Assembly: GCA_965261055.1 (NCBI GenBank)
Contig: OZ253440.1
Location: forward strand, 894,301 to 958,300
Direction of reading: 5' to 3'
Origin: Fibrobacteria bacterium
GTDB taxonomy: Bacteria; Fibrobacterota; Fibrobacteria; UBA11236; JADFYW01
DNA length: 64,000 nt
This document shows positions 10,022-19,884 of this stretch, one piece after another. The notes below the pieces were generated by a model. It had not been told where the DNA came from, searched no databases, and was given only the letters and a program-made list of their open reading frames with translations. The translations under genes and the position numbers were made by a program. Numbering within the stretch: the stretch's first letter is position 1; every line of letters starts with the position of its first letter.

Positions 10022-10417
10022 ATGCAATTGCCTAAGTACAAAAAAAAGAAGAGAATTAAGTTAAAGGTTTGTCAAGAACCTGGTTGCGGACAAGAGTTTT
10101 GGGGTCACCCTATCGCAAAATACTGCGATAAACACAAAGATATTAAACTTCGCTCCAAACACAACAAAAAAGTAGTTGATAATGAGATTAAAAACATTCA
10201 CTTTACACATAACTTCAATTTAATCAAAGAATTAAAATTCAGATGTTGCTTAAAAGGTTGTGAGCAATTATTTACGACTAAAGTATTTCCTAAACAATTT
10301 ATCTACCCTCGTTTTTGTACAGAACATCGTAATGATTTTAAACGAAAACACTTTATTCGTCAGCAATATATAGCTTCTCTAGAAAAAAAGAATTCACTTG
10401 TTTATTTAATAAACTAA
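10022..10417 (+). CDS. Small basic Cys/His-rich protein with two putative zinc-binding units
   Basis: CQEPGC-x12-CDKH and CCLKGC-x18-CTEH; Lys-rich N-terminus. Confidence 0.8.
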   Translation: MQLPKYKKKKRIKLKVCQEPGCGQEFWGHPIAKYCDKHKDIKLRSKHNKKVVDNEIKNIHFTHNFNLIKELKFRCCLKGCEQLFTTKVFPKQFIYPRFCTEHRNDFKRKHFIRQQYIASLEKKNSLVYLIN

Positions 10418-10443
10418 TGTTTTAATACATAAAAAGAAACTTT

Positions 10444-11505
10444 TTATAGAAGATTTTGGCCTAAACCTTTTATTTCTTTAAAGTTAAACCCAAAGTTTAC
10501 GAGTTCATTCTCTATCAAACTTAAATTTTCAGGTACAAAACTTTCCAAAAAAGTTCCTTGACCAAGAATTGTAACTTGCTCCAAACAAGAGGGTAGTAAA
10601 ACAGTCTCTCCTTTATTCCAAGTAAGCTCCTCTTCATTAAATTCTAAGGTAGCTTCACCCTCCAACAAAGTCAAAACTCTAAAAACTGTTTGTTGAGAAA
10701 ATCGAATAGACTGATGAAACTGATACTTTTTAAGTACAAAAAAAGGACAAACAATACAATACTCAACCAAAGCACCTTGAATGTGCACCCCTAAAGGTCT
10801 TATCTTATATCTTTTTTGTATATCAAAACTTAAAACTTGACTAGCTTGTTCCACATGAAGCGACCTCAATTTTCCTTGTTTATCTAATCTATCCCAATCA
10901 TACAAACGAAAAGTATCATCTGAATTTTGCTGCAACTCATAAATCACTAAGTTTGGAGTAATTGCATGTACCGTTCCTGCTGGAACAAATAACACATCAC
11001 CATTCTTCACTGGGATATGGTTTAAAATTGTTTTAACATCTGGAGTTTGTAAAACAGAAAGAATTTCTGCTTTCGATAAATTCGTATCAAGACCAACAAT
11101 AATTTCAGCATCCTCAGGAGCATTTACAATATACCAACATTCTGTTTTAGGTTGACCTAAAATAGGCACTCCTTTTAACCCAGGGTGAACCTGAACTGAA
11201 AGATAATCCTGAGTGTCAATGAACTTATAAAGCAAAGGAAAATGTTCTAAATTTTCTAATGACTTTCCTAAAATTTCTTTGGGATACTTCTCAAGTAAAC
11301 TACGCAAAGTTACTCCATCCCAGTTACCTCCATCTACAGTACTATTTTTTTCTAAAGGGAGTTGATCCGAAAGCTCCCAAGATTCACCTATAGAATTTAA
11401 ATCCGACTCCACAGCTTCTGAGAATTTTTGTGGATACATTTTAAATAGAGCAGACCCTCCCCAAATTTTAGACTGTAGTATAGGACGGAATTTGATAAGT
11501 TGCAT
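10444..11505 (-). CDS. manA: Mannose-6-phosphate isomerase, class I
   Basis: KIWGG, IGESWELS, FPLLYKFID, LSVQVHP, KTECWY, VPAGTVHA, ELQQNSD.TFRLYDW. Confidence 0.92.
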   Translation of the reverse strand: MQLIKFRPILQSKIWGGSALFKMYPQKFSEAVESDLNSIGESWELSDQLPLEKNSTVDGGNWDGVTLRSLLEKYPKEILGKSLENLEHFPLLYKFIDTQDYLSVQVHPGLKGVPILGQPKTECWYIVNAPEDAEIIVGLDTNLSKAEILSVLQTPDVKTILNHIPVKNGDVLFVPAGTVHAITPNLVIYELQQNSDDTFRLYDWDRLDKQGKLRSLHVEQASQVLSFDIQKRYKIRPLGVHIQGALVEYCIVCPFFVLKKYQFHQSIRFSQQTVFRVLTLLEGEATLEFNEEELTWNKGETVLLPSCLEQVTILGQGTFLESFVPENLSLIENELVNFGFNFKEIKGLGQNLL

Positions 11506-11600
11506 CTAGAGTATGATGTATAAATTATAATCTTAAGGTTTAATATTAGAAAGTTCTAAGTAAAAATAATAGCTATATTGGTAAAATTTAGGAGTATTTC

Positions 11601-12251
11601 ATGGTTGTTTTAGATCTTATTTCAAAATCTGGACTGTTTGGAAATTTAATTTTACTTTTTATTACAGGGTTGTCTATTATCAGTTGGACGCTCATTATCA
11701 TTAATTTTTTTTCATCGAAAAAAGAAATTAAAAATTTACGCAAAGTTCATAGAAATTTAAAAGAAATTTCAAATCTACAAAAGCTCTTTTTTTTAAATAC
11801 ACAAAGCAACGATAGTTCTCTTAAAAACATTCTCCATAAATTTCACCTTTACTTAACATCTCAACCTACATCAACCTTTGAAAACACTCAAAACTTCTTG
11901 GATAAAGAAATAGAATTAGAACTTTACGAAGTCGAAAAAGGTTTACAAGCTTTTTCACTCATTAGTCAAGTCTCCCCTTTCTTGGGATTACTTGGAACAG
12001 TATGGGGCATTATGAATGCTTTTTACAGTATTGGAGCTCAAGGCTCTGCAAATATTTCAGTTGTTGCTCCTGGAATTGCTGAAGCTCTGATTACGACAGT
12101 TTGGGGTTTACTCGTAGCAATTCCTGCAACTATTGCTTATTTTTATTTTGACCATCAATTCAAAAAAATTGAAAATCTACTTTACAGCTTTAGCTCAAAG
12201 GTTCTAAAATTAGATACAAGTAATCACACATCTAAGCAAAATACTTTATAA
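11601..12251 (+). CDS. tolQ: TolQ (MotA/TolQ/ExbB family)
   Basis: SPFLGLLGTVWGIM, VVAPGIAEALITT; first gene of the tol-pal cluster. Confidence 0.88.
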   Translation: MVVLDLISKSGLFGNLILLFITGLSIISWTLIIINFFSSKKEIKNLRKVHRNLKEISNLQKLFFLNTQSNDSSLKNILHKFHLYLTSQPTSTFENTQNFLDKEIELELYEVEKGLQAFSLISQVSPFLGLLGTVWGIMNAFYSIGAQGSANISVVAPGIAEALITTVWGLLVAIPATIAYFYFDHQFKKIENLLYSFSSKVLKLDTSNHTSKQNTL

Positions 12252-12256
12252 TTCTT

Positions 12257-12661
12257 ATGAGAAACCATCGTTCTTCTCACCGAAAAAGTTTTTCGCCTAT
12301 CAATTTAACTAATATTATTGATGTTGTTTTTTCCATTTTAGTTGTCTTCATGATTACCGTTCCATTGGCAAATGAAGGTTTAAAAGTCAGCTTACCAAAA
12401 GCAGACTCAAGAAGTATTGAAGCTGAAAAAACAATTAAAATTAGCGTTAATTCTAAAAGACATATTTTTATTAATAAAAAACAAGTTTCCCTAGGTTCAT
12501 TTCGACACTCTTTCCAAAAAACTTGGACTGGAAACACTCAAACTGTCGTAACCCTGAATGCAGATAAAAAAGTACCCTATGGATTTATTATTCGTTTAGT
12601 TGAAATGTTACAAAAAGAAGGAGCACAAAAAATTGGATTCTTGACACAACCTCATTCCTAA
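12257..12661 (+). CDS. tolR: TolR (ExbD/TolR family)
   Basis: INLTNIIDVVFSILVVFMITVP, NADKKVPYG. Confidence 0.88.
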   Translation: MRNHRSSHRKSFSPINLTNIIDVVFSILVVFMITVPLANEGLKVSLPKADSRSIEAEKTIKISVNSKRHIFINKKQVSLGSFRHSFQKTWTGNTQTVVTLNADKKVPYGFIIRLVEMLQKEGAQKIGFLTQPHS

Positions 12662-12667
12662 ATTCAT

Positions 12668-13261
12668 ATGTTCACAACTAGAAAAAAATGGTTCACCTTG
12701 GCAATATTCTTTTCGGTACTTGTTCATTTTTTCCCTTTAAGTTTAATTTTAGGCTGGATTAAGCTTTTAGATACCCAACCTAAACCTAAAAACAATCCTC
12801 TGGTTTTTGAATTGATTCCTATTCAACCTAAAATTATTGTTAAACAAAAAATTAAATTAAAAACCAAACTCAAATCCATAAAAGAAAAAAAAAGACCCAC
12901 CATAAAAAAACAAAAACCAATCTCTCATACTCCACTTCCAAAAACATCAATTCAAACCGACACTATTAAAGACGTGCGAATGCAATTTTGGTTAAATCGT
13001 ATGGAAACAATTTGGCTTACACATTGGTCATTACAAGCTCAAACTTTAAAAGAAAAAGAAAAGACTAGTGGAGTAATTCAAGCTACAATTTTAAAAAGTG
13101 GGGAAATTACAAAACTAAAGATTTTATCTAAATCTAAATACTCTCAAATTGATGAAACAGCTCTACAAGCTATTCAACGTATATCTCAAATGCCTCCTAT
13201 CCCACCCCATTACATCAAAAAATACTATATTCTAAATTTTATTTACCACTATGAACCTTAA
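12668..13261 (+). CDS. tolA: Short TolA/TonB-like protein
   Basis: N-terminal TM with S-x3-H (SVLVH), Lys/Pro linker, TonB_2-like C-terminal domain; lies between tolR and tolB. Confidence 0.7.
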   Translation: MFTTRKKWFTLAIFFSVLVHFFPLSLILGWIKLLDTQPKPKNNPLVFELIPIQPKIIVKQKIKLKTKLKSIKEKKRPTIKKQKPISHTPLPKTSIQTDTIKDVRMQFWLNRMETIWLTHWSLQAQTLKEKEKTSGVIQATILKSGEITKLKILSKSKYSQIDETALQAIQRISQMPPIPPHYIKKYYILNFIYHYEP

Positions 13262-14513
13262 AAACCTTAAAATTCTTTTTTGTAGCTTAATTTACTTTTT
13301 CACTGTTCTTAATTCTTGGAGTGCAGACGGTTCTATTGAAGCCAGAAATAATGAAAAAGCTCTACTTCCATTAGGTTATTTACAATTCGAACCCGAAAAA
13401 CGTTCAACACCTAATTTACCACAACCAATCGTATACATCATTGTGAATGATTTATACTACAACGGACAAAGTCAACTCATTCCTTTAGAGGGTCAAGATT
13501 CAGTCTCTTTAAAAAATTTGCAAAAAAAATCTGTTCCTGCTTATATAACTGGAATTTATCAATACAAAAAATCCAAATTTATTTTGACCTGCATACTCAA
13601 AGATACTAAAACAAAAAAAATCATCTGGAGTAAAACTTTAACGGCAAATGCCAAAAATTTTAGACAAGTTGCTCATCAATTTTCAGACACTATTGTTGAA
13701 AATTTTTTTGGTAATAAAGGGTTTGCTCAAAGTAAAATTGCCTTCATTTCTAAAGAAAATGGTCATAAGGAACTCTACCTCTTAGATTACGACGGTAAAA
13801 ATCCTATTCAACTTACAAATGATAAGTCAATTAATCTTATCCCAACATGGGGGAAAAATAACGATTACATTATCTACACAAGTTATAAAACAAAACGACC
13901 TCAACTTTTTTCTTATCAAATTTCAACAAAAAAAAACAAGCTTTTCCTAGCATCTAAATACCTAAGCCTAAGTCCAGATTATAACTCTTTGGATAATGAA
14001 CTCATTTATACTCTTTCCATTAATGGTAACAGTGAAATTTTTAGAAGCCACTGGGATAGCCCTAGTCAAACACGTATAACTTATTCTCGCTCAATTGAAA
14101 CAACTCCATCATGGTCTCCAAATGGTTACGAATTTGCTTTTACCTCTAATCGAGCAGGGTCTCCTCAAATTTACACTATGGATAAAGATGGCTCTAACCT
14201 TAAAAGACTTTCTTATGAAAACTCATATAACACTTCTCCAGCTTGGTCACCTAGCGGTGATCTAATTGTTTTTGTTGGCATTGCCAATAAGCAAACAAAC
14301 ATCTATACAATTAAACCTAATGGTCAAGATTTAAGACAGTTGACCAAAAACTCTAATAGAAATGAAAATCCAACTTGGAGTCCTAATGGCAAAGCTATTA
14401 TTTTTTCATCTACAAGATTCGGAAAAAACGAACTTTTTATAATGAAATGGAATGGAGATGGTCAAAAAAGAATTTACCGAAAACACTCTATTACCCCTAG
14501 TTGGTCTAACTAA
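13251..14513 (+). CDS. tolB: TolB beta-propeller protein
   Basis: Signal peptide, AHQFSD..VE, SKIAF, repeated PD40 motifs (PSWSPNG, PAWSPSG, PTWSPNG). Confidence 0.92.
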   Translation: MNLKNLKILFCSLIYFFTVLNSWSADGSIEARNNEKALLPLGYLQFEPEKRSTPNLPQPIVYIIVNDLYYNGQSQLIPLEGQDSVSLKNLQKKSVPAYITGIYQYKKSKFILTCILKDTKTKKIIWSKTLTANAKNFRQVAHQFSDTIVENFFGNKGFAQSKIAFISKENGHKELYLLDYDGKNPIQLTNDKSINLIPTWGKNNDYIIYTSYKTKRPQLFSYQISTKKNKLFLASKYLSLSPDYNSLDNELIYTLSINGNSEIFRSHWDSPSQTRITYSRSIETTPSWSPNGYEFAFTSNRAGSPQIYTMDKDGSNLKRLSYENSYNTSPAWSPSGDLIVFVGIANKQTNIYTIKPNGQDLRQLTKNSNRNENPTWSPNGKAIIFSSTRFGKNELFIMKWNGDGQKRIYRKHSITPSWSN

Positions 14514-14585
14514 ACGACAAACTATTGAATTTATTAAATAGTTTTTATACTTTGATCCTTCTATGTTTTATTTAAAAGGATTATC

Positions 14586-15053
14586 ATGAATAAATTATTA
14601 ACAATATTAGCTATATCGTTTGCTTTAATATTACTTAACTGTAGTAAACCTAAGCCTGAAACAGTAGCTAAAATAAAAACTTCAAACACTCTTTCTACTC
14701 AAGATATCATCGATCAAATTAACGCAACAGAAACCTACTTTGACTTTGACCAATCTAGTTTATCTCATGATAATCGTGATGCTTTAAAAAAAATAAATAA
14801 ATTACTTTCAGAAGAAAACGCTTCTAATCTCTCAATTAGTATTGAGGGTCACACTGATGCTGTAGGTACAGTTAGCTACAATCTCGCACTAGGTGAATCT
14901 AGAGCTCAAACGGCACTAAGCTACTTAGTTCAACTTGGTTTAAATCAATCTACACTAAACGCTATTAGCTATGGTGAGGAATCTTTAAAAATTAATACAG
15001 ACGAAAGAGAACCTCTTAACCGTCGTGTTTCTTTTTCAACGTCTTCTAAATAA
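14586..15053 (+). CDS. pal: Peptidoglycan-associated lipoprotein
   Basis: Lipobox LLNC, YFDFDQS, IEGHTDAVG..YNLALGESRA, ISYGEE, NRRV. Confidence 0.9.
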   Translation: MNKLLTILAISFALILLNCSKPKPETVAKIKTSNTLSTQDIIDQINATETYFDFDQSSLSHDNRDALKKINKLLSEENASNLSISIEGHTDAVGTVSYNLALGESRAQTALSYLVQLGLNQSTLNAISYGEESLKINTDEREPLNRRVSFSTSSK

Positions 15054-15061
15054 TTTTTTCT

Positions 15062-15778
15062 ATGACAATTAACAGATACTTTTGTTATCTCTTTCTGGTA
15101 ACATTTTTTTTCTGTTTCTCAAGTTGCACCAAACTCCCTTATCAAAAAGGGCAGGCTCAAAAAGATGTTAAAGACATCCAGAATCGACTTAATTCTATTC
15201 AAGTTGCAACAGAACAAATCCACATTGTCAGTAGTGCAACTTATAGGGCAGATATTTCTGCCCTTCTTACTGAAATCAAAGAACAACTCATCATTTTTCA
15301 ACACAAAATTGATGCAACAGATCATCGTATTAAAAATGTAGAGAAGCTTTTACTCAATTCTCAAAAAAGAAAGAGAACAAAAAAGAAGAAACATTCTCCT
15401 CCAAAAGCATCTATTCATATAGAAAAAACATACCACCAAGCTCGTGAAGATTACATTACAGGAAATTATAAATTAGCTTTAAAAGGCTTTAAAAAGGTTC
15501 TTAGGCAACCCATCGGCTCTTATACAGAGCAATCTATATACTGGAGTGCCGAAAGCTATTATAAACTTAAACAATACAAGAATGCTATTAAATATTATCT
15601 AAATGTGACTAGAATTTATCCTAAAGGACAAAAATTATGTGCAACACTTTATAAAATCGGTAAAGTCTTAGATAAACAAAATAAACATCAAGATAAAATA
15701 AATACCTGGAAACAACTTGTTAACACACCTCAATGCAAAAATTCAAATGAAGTCTTACGTATTAAAAATTTGTTATAA
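15062..15778 (+). CDS. cpoB: CpoB/YbgF-like coiled-coil plus TPR lipoprotein
   Basis: Follows pal; lipobox FSSC; coiled coil, then TPRs (YWSAESYYK). Confidence 0.75.
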   Translation: MTINRYFCYLFLVTFFFCFSSCTKLPYQKGQAQKDVKDIQNRLNSIQVATEQIHIVSSATYRADISALLTEIKEQLIIFQHKIDATDHRIKNVEKLLLNSQKRKRTKKKKHSPPKASIHIEKTYHQAREDYITGNYKLALKGFKKVLRQPIGSYTEQSIYWSAESYYKLKQYKNAIKYYLNVTRIYPKGQKLCATLYKIGKVLDKQNKHQDKINTWKQLVNTPQCKNSNEVLRIKNLL

Positions 15779-15846
15779 TTCTTTTAGGTGCCTTTTACAA
15801 AGAGTGCTTTTTTTCTACAATAGTAATTTTAAACTGGAGATTTATT

Positions 15847-16656
15847 ATGACAAAAGTCAAATTTAATGACATCACAATCAATTATACAGAACAAGGCGAA
15901 GGTGAGCCTCTAATCTTAATTATGGGGCTTGGTGCTGATGGTCCTGTTTGGGAACAACATGTTGCTACTTATTCAAAACACTTTCGTTGTATCATGCCAG
16001 ACAATCGTGGTGTTGGTCAAAGTGACGCTCCACAAGGTCCTTACCAAACCACAACAATGGCAGATGATATTGCTAGCTTGATGGACTACCTTAATATTGA
16101 AAAAGCTCATGTTAACGGAATTTCTATGGGTGGTGCCATTGCTCAACAACTTTCTATTCGCCATCCTCAAAAAGTCCAAAGTCAAGTTTTGACAGCAACT
16201 TGGTCTAAATTTGATGCATATACAGGCGATGTCTATACTATGCTTAAAAAAACTCGCCGCGATTTATCCTTTCCTGATTTTATGGAGTTATTACAACTAC
16301 GGATTTTTACATCTACATTTTATAATCAAAACCGAAAAGATCTACAAGCTGGACAAAAACAAGGGGCTGAATATCAATTTTTACAAACGCAACATGGTTT
16401 TGAAGGTCAAGCTGATGCTTGTATCTCTCACGATACGACAGCGATACTAAGCCATATTTCTACTCCAACTCTAATTACAGCTGGAACTAAAGATATTTTT
16501 GTTCCTATTGAACTTTCATTATACTTACATGAAAATATCAAAAATTCTGAATTCCTTTCTTTTGAAGGCTGGGGTCATACTCATCATTGGGAAGATCTTG
16601 AAAAATACAACTCAGAAACCATTACTTTTTTCAAAAATACTCAATTTAACAGATAA
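15847..16656 (+). CDS. Alpha/beta hydrolase
   Basis: MGLG, DNRGVGQS, nucleophile elbow GISMGG, GTKD, C-terminal His (WGH). Confidence 0.9.
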   Translation: MTKVKFNDITINYTEQGEGEPLILIMGLGADGPVWEQHVATYSKHFRCIMPDNRGVGQSDAPQGPYQTTTMADDIASLMDYLNIEKAHVNGISMGGAIAQQLSIRHPQKVQSQVLTATWSKFDAYTGDVYTMLKKTRRDLSFPDFMELLQLRIFTSTFYNQNRKDLQAGQKQGAEYQFLQTQHGFEGQADACISHDTTAILSHISTPTLITAGTKDIFVPIELSLYLHENIKNSEFLSFEGWGHTHHWEDLEKYNSETITFFKNTQFNR

Positions 16657-16670
16657 CAAAGGAAATCATT

Positions 16671-17492
16671 ATGAATAACAATATTCGATTTGGACAACAA
16701 ACTTATGCTTGGATCATGTGTGGAGACAAATATATGGGTAAAATTGACCATATGTCAGATATTACAAATAAAGCAGGGTTTGAAGCAATAGAACCTATTA
16801 ATCTTCAACTTGGCGAATATTATCACCCTGAAAAATTAAAAGAAGCTTTATCCAAAAATTCTCTGGAATTATCCTCTATGACTGTCGTTTGTGACTGGCT
16901 GGGTTCTAAAGAAACAGATGAAGAAAAAGCTGAATCTGATCGTTTAATAGATCTAACAGCCACTTTCCCTGGGGCAAAACTAATGTTAGTTCAAATGCCA
17001 CAAGCAGATCGCTCCAACCTAGAAGAAAAACAAAAAAATCTTATTCTTAATATTAATGAAATCTCTCGTCGAGCAACAGATAAAGGTCTTATTTGTACAT
17101 ACCACCCAAATTCTCCTAGTGGATCTGTTTGGAGAACAAGAGAAGACTATGATAAACTTCTTCCTCTTCTAGACGAATCAGTGATCAAATGGACACCAGA
17201 TGTTGGTCATATTGCCAAAGATGGAATGGATCCAGTACAACTCATTCGTGAATACCGTTCTTTAGTAAATCACATTCATTTTAAAGATATGTATGAAAAT
17301 GGAGATTGGGCTCTCACAGGGGATGGCTGTATTGATTTTGAAACAATCGTTAAAGACCTGATTAAAACAGACTACAAAGGTTGGATTATTTTTGAGGATG
17401 AATGCGAAGCAGCAGTCGGTGATCCTGATGGAATCACAATTAAAGATGGTCAATACATCCAAAATACTGTTAAAGGATGGCTAGCTACCTAA
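16671..17492 (+). CDS. Sugar phosphate isomerase/epimerase (IolE/AP endonuclease 2 TIM barrel)
   Basis: YHPNS, PDVGH, HIHFKD, G.G.IDF, YKGWIIFE. Confidence 0.85.
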   Translation: MNNNIRFGQQTYAWIMCGDKYMGKIDHMSDITNKAGFEAIEPINLQLGEYYHPEKLKEALSKNSLELSSMTVVCDWLGSKETDEEKAESDRLIDLTATFPGAKLMLVQMPQADRSNLEEKQKNLILNINEISRRATDKGLICTYHPNSPSGSVWRTREDYDKLLPLLDESVIKWTPDVGHIAKDGMDPVQLIREYRSLVNHIHFKDMYENGDWALTGDGCIDFETIVKDLIKTDYKGWIIFEDECEAAVGDPDGITIKDGQYIQNTVKGWLAT

Positions 17493-17566
17493 CAGTTTGT
17501 TTAATAATAAACTTTTAAAGGTATATGAAACACACATACTTTTTTTACTCTTAAATCTTTATTCAT

Positions 17567-17845
17567 ATGAAAATTACAAAAAAAATTAGCTTTACCCCCA
17601 AATTAGGCCAAGATTTGTCTTTAGAAAAAAGCTTATACTCACTCACAAAGCAATCTAAAAAAGAAGACGGTTGTTTGTTTTATTACTTTTTCAAACAGGA
17701 ACAAAACTTTATCATCTTAGAAGCTTGGGAAGATTCTTCCTCATTAGAAAGTCACAAACAAACTCCGCACTTTAATCTATTTAAACAGCAAACTCTAGAA
17801 TTAGTAGAATCTAAGACAAGCAAAGAATGGGACTTTCTTCTGTAA
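17567..17845 (+). CDS. ABM-domain (antibiotic biosynthesis monooxygenase-like) protein
   Basis: SKKEDGCLFY, FIILEAWED...LESHKQTPHF. Confidence 0.85.
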   Translation: MKITKKISFTPKLGQDLSLEKSLYSLTKQSKKEDGCLFYYFFKQEQNFIILEAWEDSSSLESHKQTPHFNLFKQQTLELVESKTSKEWDFLL

Positions 17846-17903
17846 CAAAGCATGACCTGAATAAAGCCTCCTCTATAATCAAGAGTTTATGCCTCTTAAT
17901 ACT

Positions 17904-19289
17904 TTACTTTTCTGTTTTTAATTTAATTCTTAACTTCCTAAGTGCCTTATAAACAAAAGACAAAGCAATTAGACCCATCAAAGTATTTGACAATGCTGGA
18001 GCGTTGTAGATTCCATATTCTTCCAAGCCTAAATAACTAGAAAAAATCCAAGCTAAAGTAAAAGTAAGTATCAATGATCGTATAAGTGTAAACATCATAG
18101 CATGTAAACCTTGACCTAAACCTTGAAAAATACCCCCTGAAATCATAGATAAAGCAATGAAGCCATAACTTAATGTCATTACAGATAAATAATAATTTAC
18201 CTTTTCTTGAACGCCATCTATTGGATTAAAAAGTCCAATAATCGGCACTTTTAAAATATTTATAAACATTCCTAAAACTAACAACGAAAAAAAACCAACA
18301 ATTAAACACTTTTTAGCCGATTCTTGAATACGACCTAAGTTTTCTGCACCATAGTTTTGACCAACTAAACTAATTACAGCTGTAGTAATAGATAAGGCTG
18401 GGAAAATAGCAATAATATCCAAACGAACTGAAATTCCCAAAGCAGAAATGGATTCAACTCCATAAGGCTTTAACAAAAAAGTAAGAAAACTCAAATTCAT
18501 CGCTAAAACTGCTTGTGATATCATAGCTGGCAGACTAATTTTAAAAACAGAAACTAAACCACTCATATTTCTCCAATGAGGAAGAACAGGCCAACGAAAG
18601 TGACTGTCCTGTTTTAAAAAGAAAAGAAAAATAATCGTAAAAATGACTACATCCGAAATTAAAGTTGCCCAAGCCGCCCCTTTAACTCCAAAACCAAAAC
18701 CTGACCATTCAATCCAAGCAAATCGAAAACTTTCAAAAATTAGAAACGGATCTACAATTAAATTAACAAGAGTTCCGTACATCATTGCTTTCATTAAAAT
18801 TTTTACATTTCCCTCGGCCTTTAGGGCGCCACCCAAAACTAGAGATAAAGAAACTAAAAAAATTCCATATATTAAGATTTTTAAATAGTCAGTAGATAAA
18901 CTTTTAACAATTTCATCAACCTGAAATAAACCAAAATAAAGTTCTAAAATAGGAGTAAAAAAGATAAAATAAAATGCAAAAATAGCTATAGAAATGATCA
19001 TACACTGTGCCAGAATATTTTGTGCTTCTTCTTTTAGATTAGCTCCTATTTTTTGTGCTAAAATTGCAGTTATTCCAATATTTAAACCATTAAAGATGGC
19101 GAAAGGAATATAAAACATAGGAAAAGAGTAATTTAAAACAGCCTGACTTTCATTTATTCCTAACCGAGTAACATAAATTGCGTCCGATAAATTTAAAAAC
19201 ATATGGGCAATCAATCCAATCATCATAGGTAACGAAATTGCAATAATGTGCTTGTATATAGATCCTTGTGTTAAGTCTCTTTTAGACAT
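17904..19289 (-). CDS. MATE family efflux transporter
   Basis: DLTQGSI start, NLIVDPFLIF, FGVKGAAWAT, VGQNYGA; ~12 TM segments. Confidence 0.92.
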   Translation of the reverse strand: MSKRDLTQGSIYKHIIAISLPMMIGLIAHMFLNLSDAIYVTRLGINESQAVLNYSFPMFYIPFAIFNGLNIGITAILAQKIGANLKEEAQNILAQCMIISIAIFAFYFIFFTPILELYFGLFQVDEIVKSLSTDYLKILIYGIFLVSLSLVLGGALKAEGNVKILMKAMMYGTLVNLIVDPFLIFESFRFAWIEWSGFGFGVKGAAWATLISDVVIFTIIFLFFLKQDSHFRWPVLPHWRNMSGLVSVFKISLPAMISQAVLAMNLSFLTFLLKPYGVESISALGISVRLDIIAIFPALSITTAVISLVGQNYGAENLGRIQESAKKCLIVGFFSLLVLGMFINILKVPIIGLFNPIDGVQEKVNYYLSVMTLSYGFIALSMISGGIFQGLGQGLHAMMFTLIRSLILTFTLAWIFSSYLGLEEYGIYNAPALSNTLMGLIALSFVYKALRKLRIKLKTEK

Positions 19290-19323
19290 AAAATACCTAT
19301 TTGAAGTTAAACATTTATCAAAA

Positions 19324-19827
19324 TTAAGTTTTAATTTGACCTCGTGCCATAATTAATTTACCAGAACGGATATATTCCTTTATACAATACTTAGACAAAA
19401 TTGTATGTAAGGCATCTAATTTATCGGTTGCACCTGTAACTTGTAAAACTAGAGACTCATGAGTAATATCAACTGTCACGCATTTAAAATGTTGTGCTAT
19501 TTGAAGAACTTCTACTCTTTCAGTTCCTTCACAAGACACTTTAATCAAAGCCATTTCTTTTTCTATAGTATCTTTTCCTTCGTGAACTACTGCATGAATA
19601 ACATCTATTAACTTATTTAATTGTTTTATAATTTGTTCTAGTGTTTCTTCCTTTCCAACTGCAGTAATACTCATTCTAGAAAATTTAATATCATGAGCTG
19701 GAGACACTACCACACTTTCCATATTATAACCACGACGAGCGAATATAATTGCTATACGCACTAAAACACCTGGCTTATTAGAAACTAAAAGACTGATGGA
19801 TTGTTTACACATTTTGTTTTCAGACAT
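19324..19827 (-). CDS. ilvN: Acetolactate synthase small subunit
   Basis: ISLLVSNKPGVLVRI..FARRGYNMES, QIIKQLNKLIDV. Confidence 0.95.
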   Translation of the reverse strand: MSENKMCKQSISLLVSNKPGVLVRIAIIFARRGYNMESVVVSPAHDIKFSRMSITAVGKEETLEQIIKQLNKLIDVIHAVVHEGKDTIEKEMALIKVSCEGTERVEVLQIAQHFKCVTVDITHESLVLQVTGATDKLDALHTILSKYCIKEYIRSGKLIMARGQIKT

Positions 19828-19884
19828 ATCAAACTCACTTTATTCGTTAAACTATTTTTACAAATATTAAAAATTCTATTTATT

